Part shown: positions 1 through 13,714 of the stretch, piece after piece | Position numbering within the stretch: the stretch's first letter is position 1 | Layout: every line of letters starts with the position of its first letter | Source of the DNA: Octopus vulgaris | Taxonomy: Eukaryota | Assembly: GCA_951406725.2 (NCBI GenBank) | Contig: OX597827.1 | Location: 45,508,001-45,572,000 of the forward strand | DNA length: 64,000 nucleotides | Direction: 5' to 3' | Notes under the pieces: model-generated | Told to the model about the DNA's origin: nothing | Database searches by the model: none | The model's input: only the letters and a program-made list of their open reading frames with translations | Made by a program: the position numbers and the translations under genes

Positions 1-539
1 TTTTGGACTTGAATCTATTTAAGAATACAGGCACACACACGTACGCACACTCACGCGTGCGCACACGCAGTCAGACATATTCTGGGCGAGCAACTAAGTC
101 ATCGACAAACTTTCTTTTCAGAACCATGAGAAACAACAAAAAACTTTTCTGTCCCACCTGAACTGGATACACCTGCATACAGTAATTTCCACATTTGACT
201 GACCGCTAAACAATAACACAACCCTCACTTCAAACCAAACAAAATCTTCCATTAATAACTTCCTACCAACTCACAACCTACAAACGTGCTTCCCTTCTTT
301 TCTCTTTTACTTCCGTACCTTTACATCTACTTTCCGGACCTACTTACCCAAAACCTAATTGTCATTTCACATTGCTCCACTTATCCCCCCACCAAAAAAA
401 AACGACTCGCCAAAGACTATATGAAGCCCAAAAAGGACCCATCAGCAGTACAGTTTGTCAAAGATTAGTTGGCCGAAACTTCGAAGTTACTGTTAATATT
501 GTCCTCGTAAAAATTTAACGTTCTCTACTAAAAAAACAC

Positions 540-581
540 ACACACACTCACACTCATGCACACACGCACACATATATATGC

Positions 582-627
<46 letters not shown>

Positions 628-848
628 ATGTGTGTATATATATGTATATGTATATATATGTATATATATATATGTATATATATATATGTATATATGTATG
701 TGTATATATATGTATATGCATATACATATATATATGTATATTTATATATATGTGTATATATATGTATATGTGTGTATATATATATATATGTATATGTATA
801 TATGCATGTGTATATATATGTATATGCATATATATATGTATATATATA

Positions 849-881
<33 letters not shown>

Positions 882-958
882 GTATATGTATATATATGTA
901 TATGTGTATATATATATATATGTGTGTGTGTGTATGTTGTTTGCCTGTGTGTATATAT
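540..958. repeat. compound (AC)n/(AT)n/(ATGT)n microsatellite, representative of dozens in the window
   Basis: direct inspection; source of the YI/HT/CV-repeat ORFs. Confidence 0.95.
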
Positions 959-959
959 A

Positions 960-1185
960 GCTGGACAAAAAACAAAACGAACGACCTCGTGAGCGCCGCC
1001 AGCAATTTTTTTTTCCACTGTCTTCCCTTCTCGGGATCTTTCCTTCTCCTTTGTTTCCGACGAAGAGCTCCGCTCGAAACGTTAAACCCTCCTTCCCTTC
1101 TTTCCTGAGAGTCAAATAATACTTTATTTGTTACACGTCTTCGCGTTGATGTGTTTTTTTTGTGTTTTCTTGTTTGGATTAACCT
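960..1185 (+). mobile_element. short Penelope-like (pLTR/retrozyme) repeat with minimal hammerhead-like motif at 1053-1087
   Basis: GTTT-CCGACGA-AGAGC-TCC-GCTC-GAAACGTT-AAAC. Homologous copies at ~34240-34450(-), ~35185-35372(+), ~41485-41695(-), with a fragment at 8130-8222. Confidence 0.65.
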
Positions 1186-1189
1186 TATA

Positions 1190-1258
<69 letters not shown>

Positions 1259-1379
1259 CGAGAAAAGAGGTAGAGCGGTAGAGAGGTAGAAAGTCGCACT
1301 TTATAACACGATGAAAATAAAAGCAAAATCATAAAGAACAACAAACAATAAATAACCATTGTAACACTAAAACTAACGC

Positions 1380-2550
1380 AACCTTCACTACCACCACTAC
1401 CACCACTACCACCATCATCACCACCATCACCACCAGCAACAACGACAAGAACTGTAAAAACACTAAACCCGAACACTACCACTGCCACCACCAACACCAC
1501 TATCAGAAGCAATGACAACAACAGCAGCAGCAGCAGCAGCAGTCGTTCAAGTAGTTGCAACAGTTGCAACCTGAGGTAGTATATAACAATATATAATAAT
1601 ATATAATAATAGTATCGCGAAAAAAATGCATTCTAGCTACTGCGCTAACCAACAGGTTGGAAGTAACTGGTGTCGCTACGGTAGTGTACAGATATGCTAA
1701 TGCAGCAGCAACAGCGGTAGCAGCAGCAACCGTAGCAGAAGTGGTAGCAGCAGCAGCAGCAGCAGTAGCGGCAGCAACAGCATCGCTAGAGATCGGCGCC
1801 TTCCCCTAAACCCACCAAACAGCCCATCGCATACAATCGATAATGCTTCGTACGTACACTGATGGTGGTGGTGGCAATGGTAGTGGCGGTGGTGGTGATG
1901 GTGGCGGTGGTGGTGGTGGTGGCGGTGATGGTTGTGGTGGTGGCGGTGGTGGTGGTGAAGGAGGTATTGGTGGTGGTGGTGAAGGTGTGTTGGTGGTGGA
2001 GGTAGTGGAGGTGGTGGTGGAGGTGGTGATGGTGGTGGTGTTGGTGGTGGTAGTGGTAGTGATGGTGTTGATAGTGATGGTAAAGCGATGGTGGTGATAG
2101 TGTTGCCTGTGGTGGCGGTGGTGGTGATTATTGGTGCTGTTGGTAATGATGGTAGTAATAACAGTGCACATATTGTATTGGGGATGGTAGTGGTTGCGTT
2201 GGTATTGGTGGTGCCATTGTGTTGGTAGCGGTAGTTGCGGTAGCAGTAGTGGTGGTAGTGGATTTCATATTTCTATTGGTATTTGTGGAAATAGTGACTA
2301 CGTCAGTATTGGTAGTGGCAGTGTTGGTTGTAGTGGTGATCAGAGGTGGTGTTGGCAGTGGTTGTGTTAAGTTTGGTATTGTTGGTGGTGGTGGTGGCTG
2401 TGTTATTTGTGGCGTTTGTGATGTTGTCGTTGTTATTGCTGTCATTGACATGGATAATTAGTGGTGATACTAGTAGTGTTGTTGTAAGCGGTACCGGTTG
2501 TGGTATAGGTAGTGGTAAAGCTTATGTTGTTGTTGGGGGGTAGTTGTGTT
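1380..2550. repeat. trinucleotide low-complexity tracts (CAC/CAG, then GGT/GTT)
   Basis: direct inspection. Confidence 0.9.
1665..1677 (+). promoter_or_regulatory. 22-bp dispersed motif, copy 1 (partial: 13-bp right core only)
   Basis: AACTGGTGTCGCT is identical to the right 13 nt of copies 2 and 4; GGAATG is not in register. Confidence 0.55.
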
Positions 2551-2798
2551 GGTATTCCTGATATTGCCCACAACGGTCAGTTTTGTCGGTCATTCTCCCA
2601 TTTCATAATTAGCTTCGACAGACTCCAGCCACGTCCCTGCCGTGTTCTTGAGATATTTTTTTTGTTTCACCCGATGATAGTGTTTTTTTTTGTACTGAAG
2701 TAATGTTCTCATTCTTCTATCAAAAAATGCGTTAGAAACAGCTGTAATGAGCTGATAATTACCCATCGTCTGTTATTATTCATTTGATTATGTATATA

Positions 2799-3061
2799 TT
2801 GGGTTGTCCAGAAAATTCGAGCTGATTTATAGTAGCTTTCCTGTCAACTTATTTTAGAACATGGTTGAGTTCATAAAATAGGATTTGACTACACATCCAT
2901 TTAGAGCACAGTTTAAGCGATGTTTTCGTGGAAGAAGGTTTATGTTCCTATAACCTGTGTTAATTCTGTAACCCTTTAAAATGGAAGATAAGAAAGTTCA
3001 TTTTCGGCACTTGATGACCTTTTTCTTTCCTTTAAAAATCGACACGAACTTTCCGGACAAC

Positions 3062-3065
<4 letters not shown>
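2799..3065 (+). mobile_element. internally deleted mariner element (MITE)
   Basis: TIRs TTGGGTTGTCCAGAAAATTCG / CGAACTTTCCGGACAACCCAA flanked by TA; retains a mariner-like N-terminus MEDKKVHFRHL at 2981. Confidence 0.85.
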
Positions 3066-3141
<76 letters not shown>

Positions 3142-3180
3142 TGTGTGTGTGCGCGTGTGTGTGTGTGTGTATGTAGCGAT

Positions 3181-3366
3181 GACAAAAGAATAAATGATTA
3201 TCGTATGAACTTCGTTAGCTTACAGCTGTTTCCTCAATAAAATGCAAAGGACTTATTGTTGAGTGCCTGGGCAACACCTTATAGCACTATGAGTCCACCG
3301 CATCTTAGGGCGGGAACAGCTGTGAGCTAATGCAGTTCATAAGACAATCGTTTATTCTTTGTTGTC
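3181..3366. repeat. imperfect fold-back (arms ~3181-3233 and 3313-3366) of a Penelope-like pLTR end
   Basis: arms are reverse complements; the same sequence follows the hammerhead motif at 38080-38130. Confidence 0.7.
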
Positions 3367-3470
3367 ACATTTTTTTCTTATTACCGTTCAGTACTCGACT
3401 AACGCTTCGTCCAGAAGCGTATGTATATTGAGTTTTACACCAGGTTATTGTATCGTAATGCCTAAGCCAT

Positions 3471-3523
<53 letters not shown>

Positions 3524-3685
3524 TCCATGTGTGAGTGCCTGTGTATGTGTGTATTGATATATATTCTAGCTTTAAACACACCAGCATCGGTTGTCAAGCG
3601 AAGTTGGGGAGACAAACACAGACACACAAACGTATACACACACATACATATATATATATACATATACATGTATACGACGGGTTCA

Positions 3686-4276
3686 TTTGATGGAGGCAGA
3701 TAATCAACAAGGTGGGGGCAAGGTAATGGTGTGGTGTGAGATATGGCACAATGAAGTAATTAGACCATTTTATTTTGAGGGCTCTGTGACAGGTGATTCG
3801 TATCAGGACATTGTTGGCAACAAGATGATGCCTCACGTGCATTCACTTGGAAGGGAAAATCCTGTCTGGTTTCAGCCGGATGGGGCTCCGCCCTTTTGCG
3901 CATTACAGGTTCGTGACTTTCTGAATGAACATTTTCCTGGGAGATGGCTCGGGTGTCGCGAGCCAATTGAATGGGCACCACAGTCACCAGATTTAACTCC
4001 CATGGACTTTTTTTTTCCTGGGGCTATATTAAATTCCTTGTGTATTCTGAAAAGACTCATGACCAAGGAGATCATCTTCAAAGAACTGTTGAAGCGTGTG
4101 AATAAGTCAACTGTAATGAAGGGCTAGTCGAGAGGGTTCATCGCAATTTCAAATTCGTTAGAACACTTGCTTAGAGCTACATGGCCAACACTGAACATTT
4201 TAAATAGATTACCTACTTCCTTATTAATAAAGCATACTGGATATCTCCTATAGTACGTGACTTTATGGCCACCCTG
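3686..4276 (+). pseudogene. Tc1/mariner-superfamily transposase 3' fragment with right TIR
   Basis: KVMVWCEI..RPFYFEGSVTG..WFQPDGAPP..WAPQSPDLTPMDFF motifs, frameshifted after; ends CTTTATGGCCACCCTG-TA. Confidence 0.88.
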
Positions 4277-4291
4277 TATAATGTAACACTT

Positions 4292-4740
4292 AAGGCGGCC
4301 AGCTGATAGAATCGTTACTGCGCCGGAAAAATGCTTAGCGGCATTTCTTCAGACTTTACGCTCTGAGTTCAAATACCGCAGGGATCTACTTTACCTTTTA
4401 TCCACTCAGGGTCGATAGCCAAGCAATAGGATCGATGTGATTGGCTTGCACTTTCCCCACAAAATAGCTGGCCTTGAGCCAAAATTTGGAACCAACGTAT
4501 GATGAAACATTTTCTGTTGATCTTCAAATTCAACCTTCAATCGAGCACCGAGATGGCTATATATTTTCTTCAAATTTTTGCTCAAGGCCAGCAATTTTGG
4601 GGAGGGGGTAAGTCAATAACATCGACCCCATTACTCAACTGGTACTTATTTTATCGACCCCAAAAAGATGAAAGGCGAAGTCAACTCAGGCGGAATCTGA
4701 ACTCAGAACGTGAAAACGGACGAACTACCGCTAAGCATTA
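4292..4740. mobile_element. two SINE family-B copies tail-to-tail (4292-4500 +, ~4560-4740 -)
   Basis: matches AAGGCGGCGAGCTGGCAGAA..CTGAGTTCAAAT..GGGGTCGAT copies at 20841 and 61380. Confidence 0.75.
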
Positions 4741-5161
4741 AATAAATAGAAATAAAATAAAAAAAAGCAAAAGAACTACCCATTTTTTAACTTACTTCAC
4801 TTAATTTATAATTAAACCTTTTCTTTTGTTTTATTTTTGTTAAAATTGATAGATCTTGAACATACTTCAATTTTGACAATCAAAACCGTAAAGAATATCA
4901 AAAATACATTTTATGCAAGTCCGACAGTTTATTTTCATTAATAACTTTTAAGACTTATAGAGTAGTCTTTTTAACAACTTATAATTCTACTAAGCCATTT
5001 CTATTAACTTTTAGCACTCCGAATAATTAGCAATACTTATCAAAACGATGTATATGAAATTTATATGTATTTACAAGCGTCGGATGGCTTTGACTGTAAT
5101 ATTTTCCTCGGAGACATTTCTAAGAGTTGCGTGTTGAAAACAAAGAAAACAACATAGGAGT

Positions 5162-5210
5162 CATTCAGACACATTGTTTCGGTCTCATTTGGCCTCATCA
5201 GTGATGAATG
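5162..5210 (-). ncRNA. type I hammerhead ribozyme motif
   Basis: minus strand CATTCATCA-CTGATGA-GGCC-AAATGA-GACC-GAAA-CAATGT-GTC-TGAATG: complete core, three stems (one mismatch in stem II), GUC cleavage triplet. Confidence 0.8.
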
Positions 5211-6296
5211 CCTCCAGACAGTCTGAACTAAGCCGAAAAAGATTCGTTCTGAATAAATATTCCTGCTACTGCTATTCCGCGTTTGAATATACCTTATAAA
5301 TGCTATACACACACAAGTATTTTAATCTGATGTTTCAAATTTGTATTTGAATTTAACCAGGATTTTTCCTTTTTGTTGTAACTTTAATTTTGTAAATTTA
5401 ATTGTTTGTTAAAATCTAAATCTGATGGTGAAAACATTAAAAATAGTTTTAAAAAATTTTACGTCTCTATTCTTTCGATTTGTTGAAAGATTGCTTTAAA
5501 AAACTAATTGTGTACAATTAAAGCCTTGAAAAAAGAGTGAATGAAATAGTCGGGTTATGCTCTTTCAGCCACGAATAATTGGAAAAATAGTATTTTTTTT
5601 ATTACCAAATATAATTCTCCAATATTCGAAACTTTAAATCAAATATGTTGGTGCAATGAAAACTTTTTTTCAAAAAATGACATCAACTCGTTAAAATTGC
5701 TCCATCTTACTCACTGCAAACTATTGAACGAAGTGTTAGATTTTCTTTTTTAACAAAATAAACTAATGACAAAGTAACAGGTAGTAATGTAAACAGGAGG
5801 ATGCTGACTTAAAATTTTATAGCCAGCATTGAAAGCAAGACTGTGTCATAAAATTAACTAAATAAACAAATTATTCTACAGTTTGTTCTAAGAATCGAGG
5901 GCATAAATCCGTCGTGGACACCGCGTTGGATTTCTAATTAAAACTATAACCGACATTGCCTTTCACTTCAACCAGTTCTCTGGAGATCGTTTATGTATTT
6001 TAGTATTGTTTATTTGTTTATCTTTTTATTTTTATTTTGTTATGAATTAGTCACAGGAAGAAGTGGGGGGCGGTGTGTCACATAACCTATAGAGTAATTA
6101 CAGTTTTTAACAAATTTAGATGTCTCGATTACTGCATATTCGAATATTGCTACTACTCCCAAATATATGCGGTTGGTAGTTTTACGTAAAAATTTTATTC
6201 GAATAGTAATTCTGTTCACTGGTGTGTAAAGTACGTATGAGAAGTGAAAAATAATACGGTACTATATACTTTGCGTTCGATTCTCGTAATCTTGTC

Positions 6297-6410
6297 CTTC
6301 AGAATGAGCTCTTGTCACCAAGTTTCTGACAACTAAAGCATTTTCGGTTTTTGAACGGACACTTTTCTGAAGTATATAGGCCTCTACATCCATAACATGG
6401 ATTGGGGTCT
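6297..6410 (-). pseudogene. decayed Gypsy-type gag double zinc-knuckle fragment
   Basis: minus-strand translation PCYGCRGLYTSEKCPFKNRKCFSCQKLGDKSSF*, two CX2CX3-4HX4C-like knuckles with His/Cys losses. Confidence 0.55.
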
Positions 6411-6535
6411 AGAACTCTTTTTTGGTTGTACTTTCCGGGTCAACACATCTTTATTTTTACGGAAACTTAGTCTCAATTTTTTCACATCGTGCTTCAGCTT
6501 AACAATTGTTTGACACACACATACACACACACACA

Positions 6536-6567
<32 letters not shown>

Positions 6568-6571
<4 letters not shown>

Positions 6572-7378
6572 GCAACGATTTGCCTCACCACACACCGAAT
6601 TTAGAAATAGCAGTCAAAAGAGTTTTGGCTATTCTTTCTACTTAAAAGGGAGATCCCAGTAAAACCATAGCACTTAAAAGGCAAACAACGCAGGCAAAAG
6701 AGAAAGAAATGACGATAATCATTCTACATTAAGTCACCTACGGACGTACGTTTCGGAATTAAGCCATAGGAAAGCATAAAAATTAAATAATTATGTCTTA
6801 CCTACTATTTTCCTCCTCAGCGTAGGACTCTACAATTATAAATAATTGCGTCTCAATCATTAATAATTGTGTATTAAATTTGAAGGCACTAGAAGACATC
6901 ACCTCAACTCATGGTATCAGAGCGAGCGTAAGCCATTACCAGTACCACCAAATTCAAAGGGTGAATGAAAGTATGTCACCATCCCCCTTCCCTCAGCGTG
7001 CTGCCAAAATAAGATGCTACAGGTTTTTTACTGGGATGAAATGTAATTATCAATAATAATATAGGGTGAAATTAATTAATTTGGAATAATCATCAATTTC
7101 ACCAAGTAGATTTCGGCATGTAAAAGCCCCATTCAAGGAAGGTTTAAGTAATACTAAGTAATTAAGGGTTTAGCAACGATTTGCCTCACCACACACCGAA
7201 TTTAGAAATAGCAGTCAAAAGAGTTTTGGCTATTCTTTCTACTTAAAAGGGAGATCCCAGTAAAACCATAGCACTTAAAAGGCAAACAACGCAGGCAAAA
7301 GAGAAAGAAATGACGATAATCATTCTACAATAAGTTACCTACGGACGTACGTTTCGGAATTAAGCCATAGGAAAGCAT

Positions 7379-7382
<4 letters not shown>
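6568..7382 (-). mobile_element. Penelope-like/retrozyme element: 601-bp unit with ~214-bp direct terminal repeat
   Basis: 6568-6782 repeated at 7169-7382 almost identically; contains a hammerhead; third copy at 53701-53949. Confidence 0.8.
6737..6826 (-). ncRNA. hammerhead ribozyme with long stem II and palindromic stem III
   Basis: minus strand CCTACG-CTGAGGA-GGAA..TTCC-GAAA-CGTACG-TC-CGTAGG. Confidence 0.8.
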
Positions 7383-7441
<59 letters not shown>

Positions 7442-7689
7442 TACAACACATCACATCACAACACACCACCACGTACACATCAGCACTGACTACTTCTCAG
7501 ACCCACATTTTCACACCTACACATACACACACGCACACGTCAAGATAACCAGCCCTTTTCCACACGCACATACAAGCTCGCACTTTCATTTTGGGATCAC
7601 CACTACTTTTATTATCTCCCCTTCTCCCTAGTTCTCCTGTGTGAACCTTCTGTCCGGCATTCCCCTTGATAAATCGCTGGCCACTACAC

Positions 7690-7850
7690 ATTATTTTCTC
7701 TCCTTGTTTATTTCTGTTTTCCTTTCTGTGGAAGAACGTAGTCTCGAAATGTTAAAGACTTTTTCACTTCCGAGCGTTACACTAATACATCTGTTTGTTG
7801 TCTACACCACCTGTCTCGTCTCTTGTTTTTTTTGTGAATTCTCCCCTATA
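7690..7850 (+). mobile_element. short Penelope-like repeat, second subfamily (minimal hammerhead-like)
   Basis: homologous to 9530-9720(-) and 41148-41330(-), which read CTTT-CTGTRGA-AGAGC-GTAG-GCTC-GAAACGTW-AAAG. Confidence 0.6.
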
Positions 7851-7895
7851 CATACATACATACATACATACATACATACATACATACATACATAC

Positions 7896-7962
<67 letters not shown>

Positions 7963-7965
<3 letters not shown>

Positions 7966-8218
7966 GGAGTGGCTGTGTGGTAAGTTGCTTGCTTACTAAC
8001 CACATTGTTCTGGGTTCAGTCCCACTGCGTGGTACCTTGCGCAAGTGTCTTCTACTATAGCCTCGGGCCGACCAAAGCCTTGTGAGTGGATTTGGTAGGC
8101 GGAAACTGAAGAAACCTGTCGCATATATATATTTCCTTTCCTGAGCGTCCAACAACATATACTTGTTCCACGTCCTCGCGTTGTTGTGTTTTCTATTTGT
8201 GTTTTCATGTTTGGATTA

Positions 8219-8300
<82 letters not shown>

Positions 8301-8520
8301 TGTCTGTGTTTGTGTGTCTGTGTTTGTCCCCTCACCAGCGCTTGACGACCGATGTTGGTGTGTTTACATCCCAGTAACTTAGCGGTTCGGCAAAAGAGAC
8401 CGAGAGAATAAGTACTAGGCTTAGAAAGAATAAGTCCTGGGGTCAATTTGTTCGACTAAATGCGGTACTCCAGCATGGCTGCATTCAAATGACTGATACA
8501 AGTAAAAAAATAAAAGAATA
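7963..8520 (+). mobile_element. tRNA-derived SINE family A (bipartite, central microsatellite) with a nested fragment
   Basis: head GCAGGAGTGGCTGTGTGGTAAG..GGTTCAGTCCC (A/B-box-like); tail ..CAGCATGGCYGCA..AAATGACTGA.ACAAGTAAAA; many copies in the window. Confidence 0.85.
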
Positions 8521-8622
8521 TATACTTACTCCTTAAATATTTCCTCCCCACCTTTTTTTGCTTTTACAACCCTGAATCACACAAGGGGTCATAGAGGGGG
8601 TTGAAAAGAAGGGGCTTGCAAT

Positions 8623-8644
8623 GGAATGCAGAACTGGTGTCGCT
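8623..8644 (+). promoter_or_regulatory. 22-bp dispersed motif, copy 2
   Basis: GGAATGCAGAACTGGTGTCGCT. Confidence 0.75.
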
Positions 8645-8801
8645 AGATTACCTCACCAGATTTGCTAAACAATTTTACATTGCACGCACGTATGCATCGG
8701 AATTCAATTATTATTATTATTATTATTATTTATTTTTATCATATCTACGGTTTGGAGATGACAATATATTTGTACACACACACACACATACATTTCGATG
8801 C

Positions 8802-8908
<107 letters not shown>

Positions 8909-9218
8909 CGTGTGTGTGTAATTGTGTGTGTGTGTGGCAATCGAAAAGTATCACAAGCAATAAAGATAAAATGACTCAGCAAAAATACAGATAAATAAAT
9001 ACATAAATAAATGGTTGAAGTATTTGTAACCATGGCAACAGTTGGGCGGAGGCGGACGATAAAGTTACTTTGGTGCCATTAGGAACTGTTGAATGTATAA
9101 TTGAAATCGATTTATTGCGTTGAAAACAAGTCGTAGGGTTCTTTACATGATTCATTACTTACACATACATACACACATACATGCACAGATACATACACAC
9201 ACATGTATATGTATATAT

Positions 9219-9269
<51 letters not shown>

Positions 9270-9273
9270 CATA

Positions 9274-9316
<43 letters not shown>

Positions 9317-9417
9317 GCATACAAAGAAACACACATACATATATATATAATCATACATATGTAAAGATATATATATGGCTATACATTTATATCTCTCTGT
9401 ACACACACATACATACA

Positions 9418-9720
<303 letters not shown>

Positions 9721-9849
9721 ATCATGGCGTCTGACTCGGACAGAAGGGTCACCAACGAGAAAGAAAGTAGGGGAGATAACAAATTAAAGATGTCCCCCAA
9801 CTCGAAGGTGCGTGTGTGTATAAGAGAGTATGTATGTGAGATACACACA

Positions 9850-9909
<60 letters not shown>

Positions 9910-10174
9910 AACGCAAAAACACGTACATATGTGCGTGTGTGTGTATTAGAGTAGTATAGTTTGCATGAAGCATTGTCTTAACGCAAAGCAACCCTTTATG
10001 CACAACCTACAGAGCAGAGTAGATAACTCACGATATTTTACCAAAGGCATCTTAAACCTTGTAATACAAATACAAGTACAAACTACAGACCCGTATTATT
10101 TCTAATGACCATGCACTGTTTTTGGCTTTATAAAAATGTAATAAAGGAAAAACATTTATATATACATTTTTTGA

Positions 10175-10265
10175 GGCTGTACGTATTCTAAAATTGTAAC
10201 GATACAGAGATTAGCATGACCCCTGCGCGAGGATGACAAGAAAGTTCGTGAAGCGTTCCATTTTT
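10175..10265 (+). pseudogene. U6: U6 snRNA retro-pseudogene, 5'-truncated
   Basis: CTAAAATTGTAACGATACAGAGATTAGCATGACCCCTGCGCGAGGATGACAAGAAAGTTCGTGAAGCGTTCCATTTTT aligns to U6 with a 3-nt deletion and several substitutions. Confidence 0.92.
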
Positions 10266-10997
10266 AACTCGAGATGGTGCATGGCCGCAGTCTAATGACT
10301 GAAACAAGTAGAAGAATAAATGTATGTACATGTAGACACGCACACACACACAATCAATCAATCGTAAGGAACCGACGCACGCCGAGGGAATTCAAAGGTG
10401 TAACGTAATCCATGTGGAAAGATAATCCACAATTTAAGTCCTCCAAATCCTCGTCGGAAGAACGTGGAATGTCCTTGTGAGCGTTCGATAATAGATAAAT
10501 TAGTGACAACGGCGACTTCAACATAAAAAAGAAGCGAAAAAACAAAACAAAATATAGTTGAATGTTGATGTACGCAGAAGATATGCTAGTTTGGTCCATG
10601 GCGCTTCGAACATGGATCTTTGTCGGATATTTGAAGAATGTTAAGAGATTGGGAATTTCCAGATACGAAAACAATCAGCCATACTGTTCAACGAGAGCTC
10701 AGAGATGTTGTCTAATTGTCGTCATCGAAACAATTCCTTCTGGACAACTGCAACATACGCGAAAATATGATCACTGAGTAGCTACCTTTGTCGGTTAAAT
10801 GTGTGGTTCTGAAACTTCCCATTACATTACAGTAGTGTAACTGGTTTCTAATGTGTAGATGAAGAATTAGATCACAGAAATTGAGTTTTCCTTGTTATTC
10901 AACCAGAATGAGTGTAGATATTGGTAAAAATCGATACTTGAACTATTCGTAGATTAGATTTTTCGTTTGTTCACAAAAGCTCACGTGCACACTCACA

Positions 10998-11038
<41 letters not shown>

Positions 11039-11774
11039 TCTCTCTCTGTCACACACACACACGCACACATGTACAAGTGTACAGGTGCATCTGCAAATCT
11101 GAATGTCTTGTTTAATGTATGTATTCTCAAGCACATAGTTGCAAGTCTAGACATGCGCATATATGCTTAAATGATAAACTTCTGTGAAGTTTCTCAGATT
11201 CTTTACAGTTCCATTGATGACTTGAATCTGTGGTCTTCTAATTAGCTTTCTCCTTTCTGGTTTTGTGAGGCCAAATTTCTCAAGATTACTGCTTAGGTAC
11301 TTTGTTGCATATTCTGTATGTATGTATGTATGTATGTATGTATGTATGTATGTATGTATGTATGTATGTATTTGTGTATGCATGTATACATGTATGTATT
11401 TATGTCATTATTTAGTTATATTTCAAAATTTCTTGCCAATAGACACACACACACACACACACACACATACACACAAACACACACACATACATACACACAC
11501 ACACACATGCACAAATATTCTTATTCTTTTGGGGCATCCTATTAGCCGGCTTTATTACAAGGAGAGCTTACTGAGGTATTGGCCTGGATTTATTTAATCC
11601 CAATTTTTCCTCATGTTATGTGTATATGTGTGTATAAGTATGTCTATCTGTGTGTGTGTGTGTATGTATTTATGCATGTACCCAAACCATTTTATTTCAT
11701 CCTCATCAGGGAAATTTTTTAACAGGTTAGATTTTAAACAGTCAACCAGGGCAGAGCCAACGTTTGTTAGGCTA

Positions 11775-11865
11775 AGATTTTTCCTGATGATGGTGGATTG
11801 TATATTATGATATGTTTTGCGACTACATTAAAGAAAGCGCTATCGAAACAGCTGTCGTAAATTTT
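11775..11865 (+). ncRNA. degenerate Penelope-type hammerhead motif
   Basis: ATTTTTC-CTGATGA-TGG..long loop..C-GAAA-CAGCTG-TC-GTAAAT. Confidence 0.5.
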
Positions 11866-11954
11866 AAATACCATTCGTGCTTAAAATCACAGATGGCCAA
11901 GAGAGAAACAAACACACAATCCAACGAGAAAAGTATTAAAAATAACTGTTAACA

Positions 11955-12498
11955 GACATACATCGTTCCATCCATTCATCCATACATACATCCATCCATC
12001 CATCCATCAATATATCCATCCATACATACATACATACATATATATACATACATATATACATACATGCATACATACATACATATACATACATACATACATA
12101 TATCCATACATGCATACATACATGCATGCATACATACATACATTCATACATTCATACATACATGCATGCATACATACATGCATACATACATACATGCATA
12201 CCTACTTATATACATATATGCATACATACATGCAAACATGCATGCATACATACATACATACATGCATGCATACATACATGCATACATACATACATACATA
12301 CATACATACATACATACATGCATACATATATACATACATGCATACATGCATGCATACATGCATACATACATACATACATGCATACATACATACATATATA
12401 CATACATGCATACATACATGCATACATACATGCATGCATACATGCATACATACAGGCATACATACATACATACATACATGCATACGTACATACACACA

Positions 12499-12530
<32 letters not shown>
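11955..12530. repeat. (CATA)n/(CATG)n tetranucleotide tract
   Basis: direct inspection. Confidence 0.95.
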
Positions 12531-12597
12531 AGGGAAGTATTTTAATCCTTACCACCACCTCTCAGCTACTCTCGTATATATAGATGAGTGTGTATAT

Positions 12598-12673
<76 letters not shown>

Positions 12674-12849
12674 TAGCCTTACTACTCCTCTCCCGTGCTA
12701 CCATTATCCCTAGCTTTTAAATATTCTCATCGAAACCTCTTACATTCCCATCCTGATTCATTTATTTTTGTATGCTTTTGTTTTTGTATTTTGAAGTGCT
12801 ATAAAAAAAGTTTTTTTTTGTGTGTTTTTTTTCTCATTATATTGGATGA

Positions 12850-13255
12850 GATGGTGGTGTTGGTGTTGTTGTTGGTGGTGTTGGTGGTGTTGGTGTAGGT
12901 GTTAGTGGTGTTGGTGGTGGTGGTGTTGGTGTTGGTGTTGGTGGTGTTGGTGGTGATGGTGTTGGTGTTGGTGGTGTTGGTGGTGATGGTGTTGGTGTTG
13001 GTGGTGTTGGTGTTGGTGGTGTTGGTGTTGGTGCTGGTGCTGTTGGTGGTGATGGTGTTGGTGTTGTTGTTGGTGTTGGTGTTGGTGTTGGTGTTGGTGG
13101 TGTTGGTGTTGGTGTTGGTGTTGATGTTGGTGTTGGTGGTGTTAGTGGTGATGGTGTTGGTGTTGTTGTGGTGTTGGTGTTGTTGTTTTTGGTGGTGTTG
13201 GTGTTGGTGGTGTTGGTGGTGATGGTGTTGTTGTTGGTGGTGGTGTTGGTAGTAG
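12850..13255. repeat. GGT/GTT low-complexity tract immediately upstream of motif copy 3
   Basis: direct inspection. Confidence 0.9.
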
Positions 13256-13272
13256 GGGGCTTACAATGTGCA

Positions 13273-13294
13273 GGAATGCAGATTCGGTGTCGCT
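13273..13294 (+). promoter_or_regulatory. 22-bp dispersed motif, copy 3
   Basis: GGAATGCAGATTCGGTGTCGCT. Confidence 0.75.
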
Positions 13295-13635
13295 GCATTA
13301 GCTCAGCAGCTCAACAGTTTATATGAACTTTTTTGTTGTGTTGTGTTGTTTTTTTGTTGTTGTTACACGCTATATGCATTCGGAACGTTCGTGATTGGAG
13401 TGATGATGTATTTGTCCAGGAAACACGAGCACACCCACTCATGCACGCGCACGCAAATACACGCACACAAACACTCGCACACGCGCACACACACGCACGA
13501 ATATACGCACGTACTCGCACATATACGCACGTACACCAACACATATATGTATTCATGTGTATATTTTGTATGTATGTATGTATATACATAGATAATACAC
13601 ATACGTATGTATGTATACGCATAATGCGCATATAT

Positions 13636-13714
<79 letters not shown>

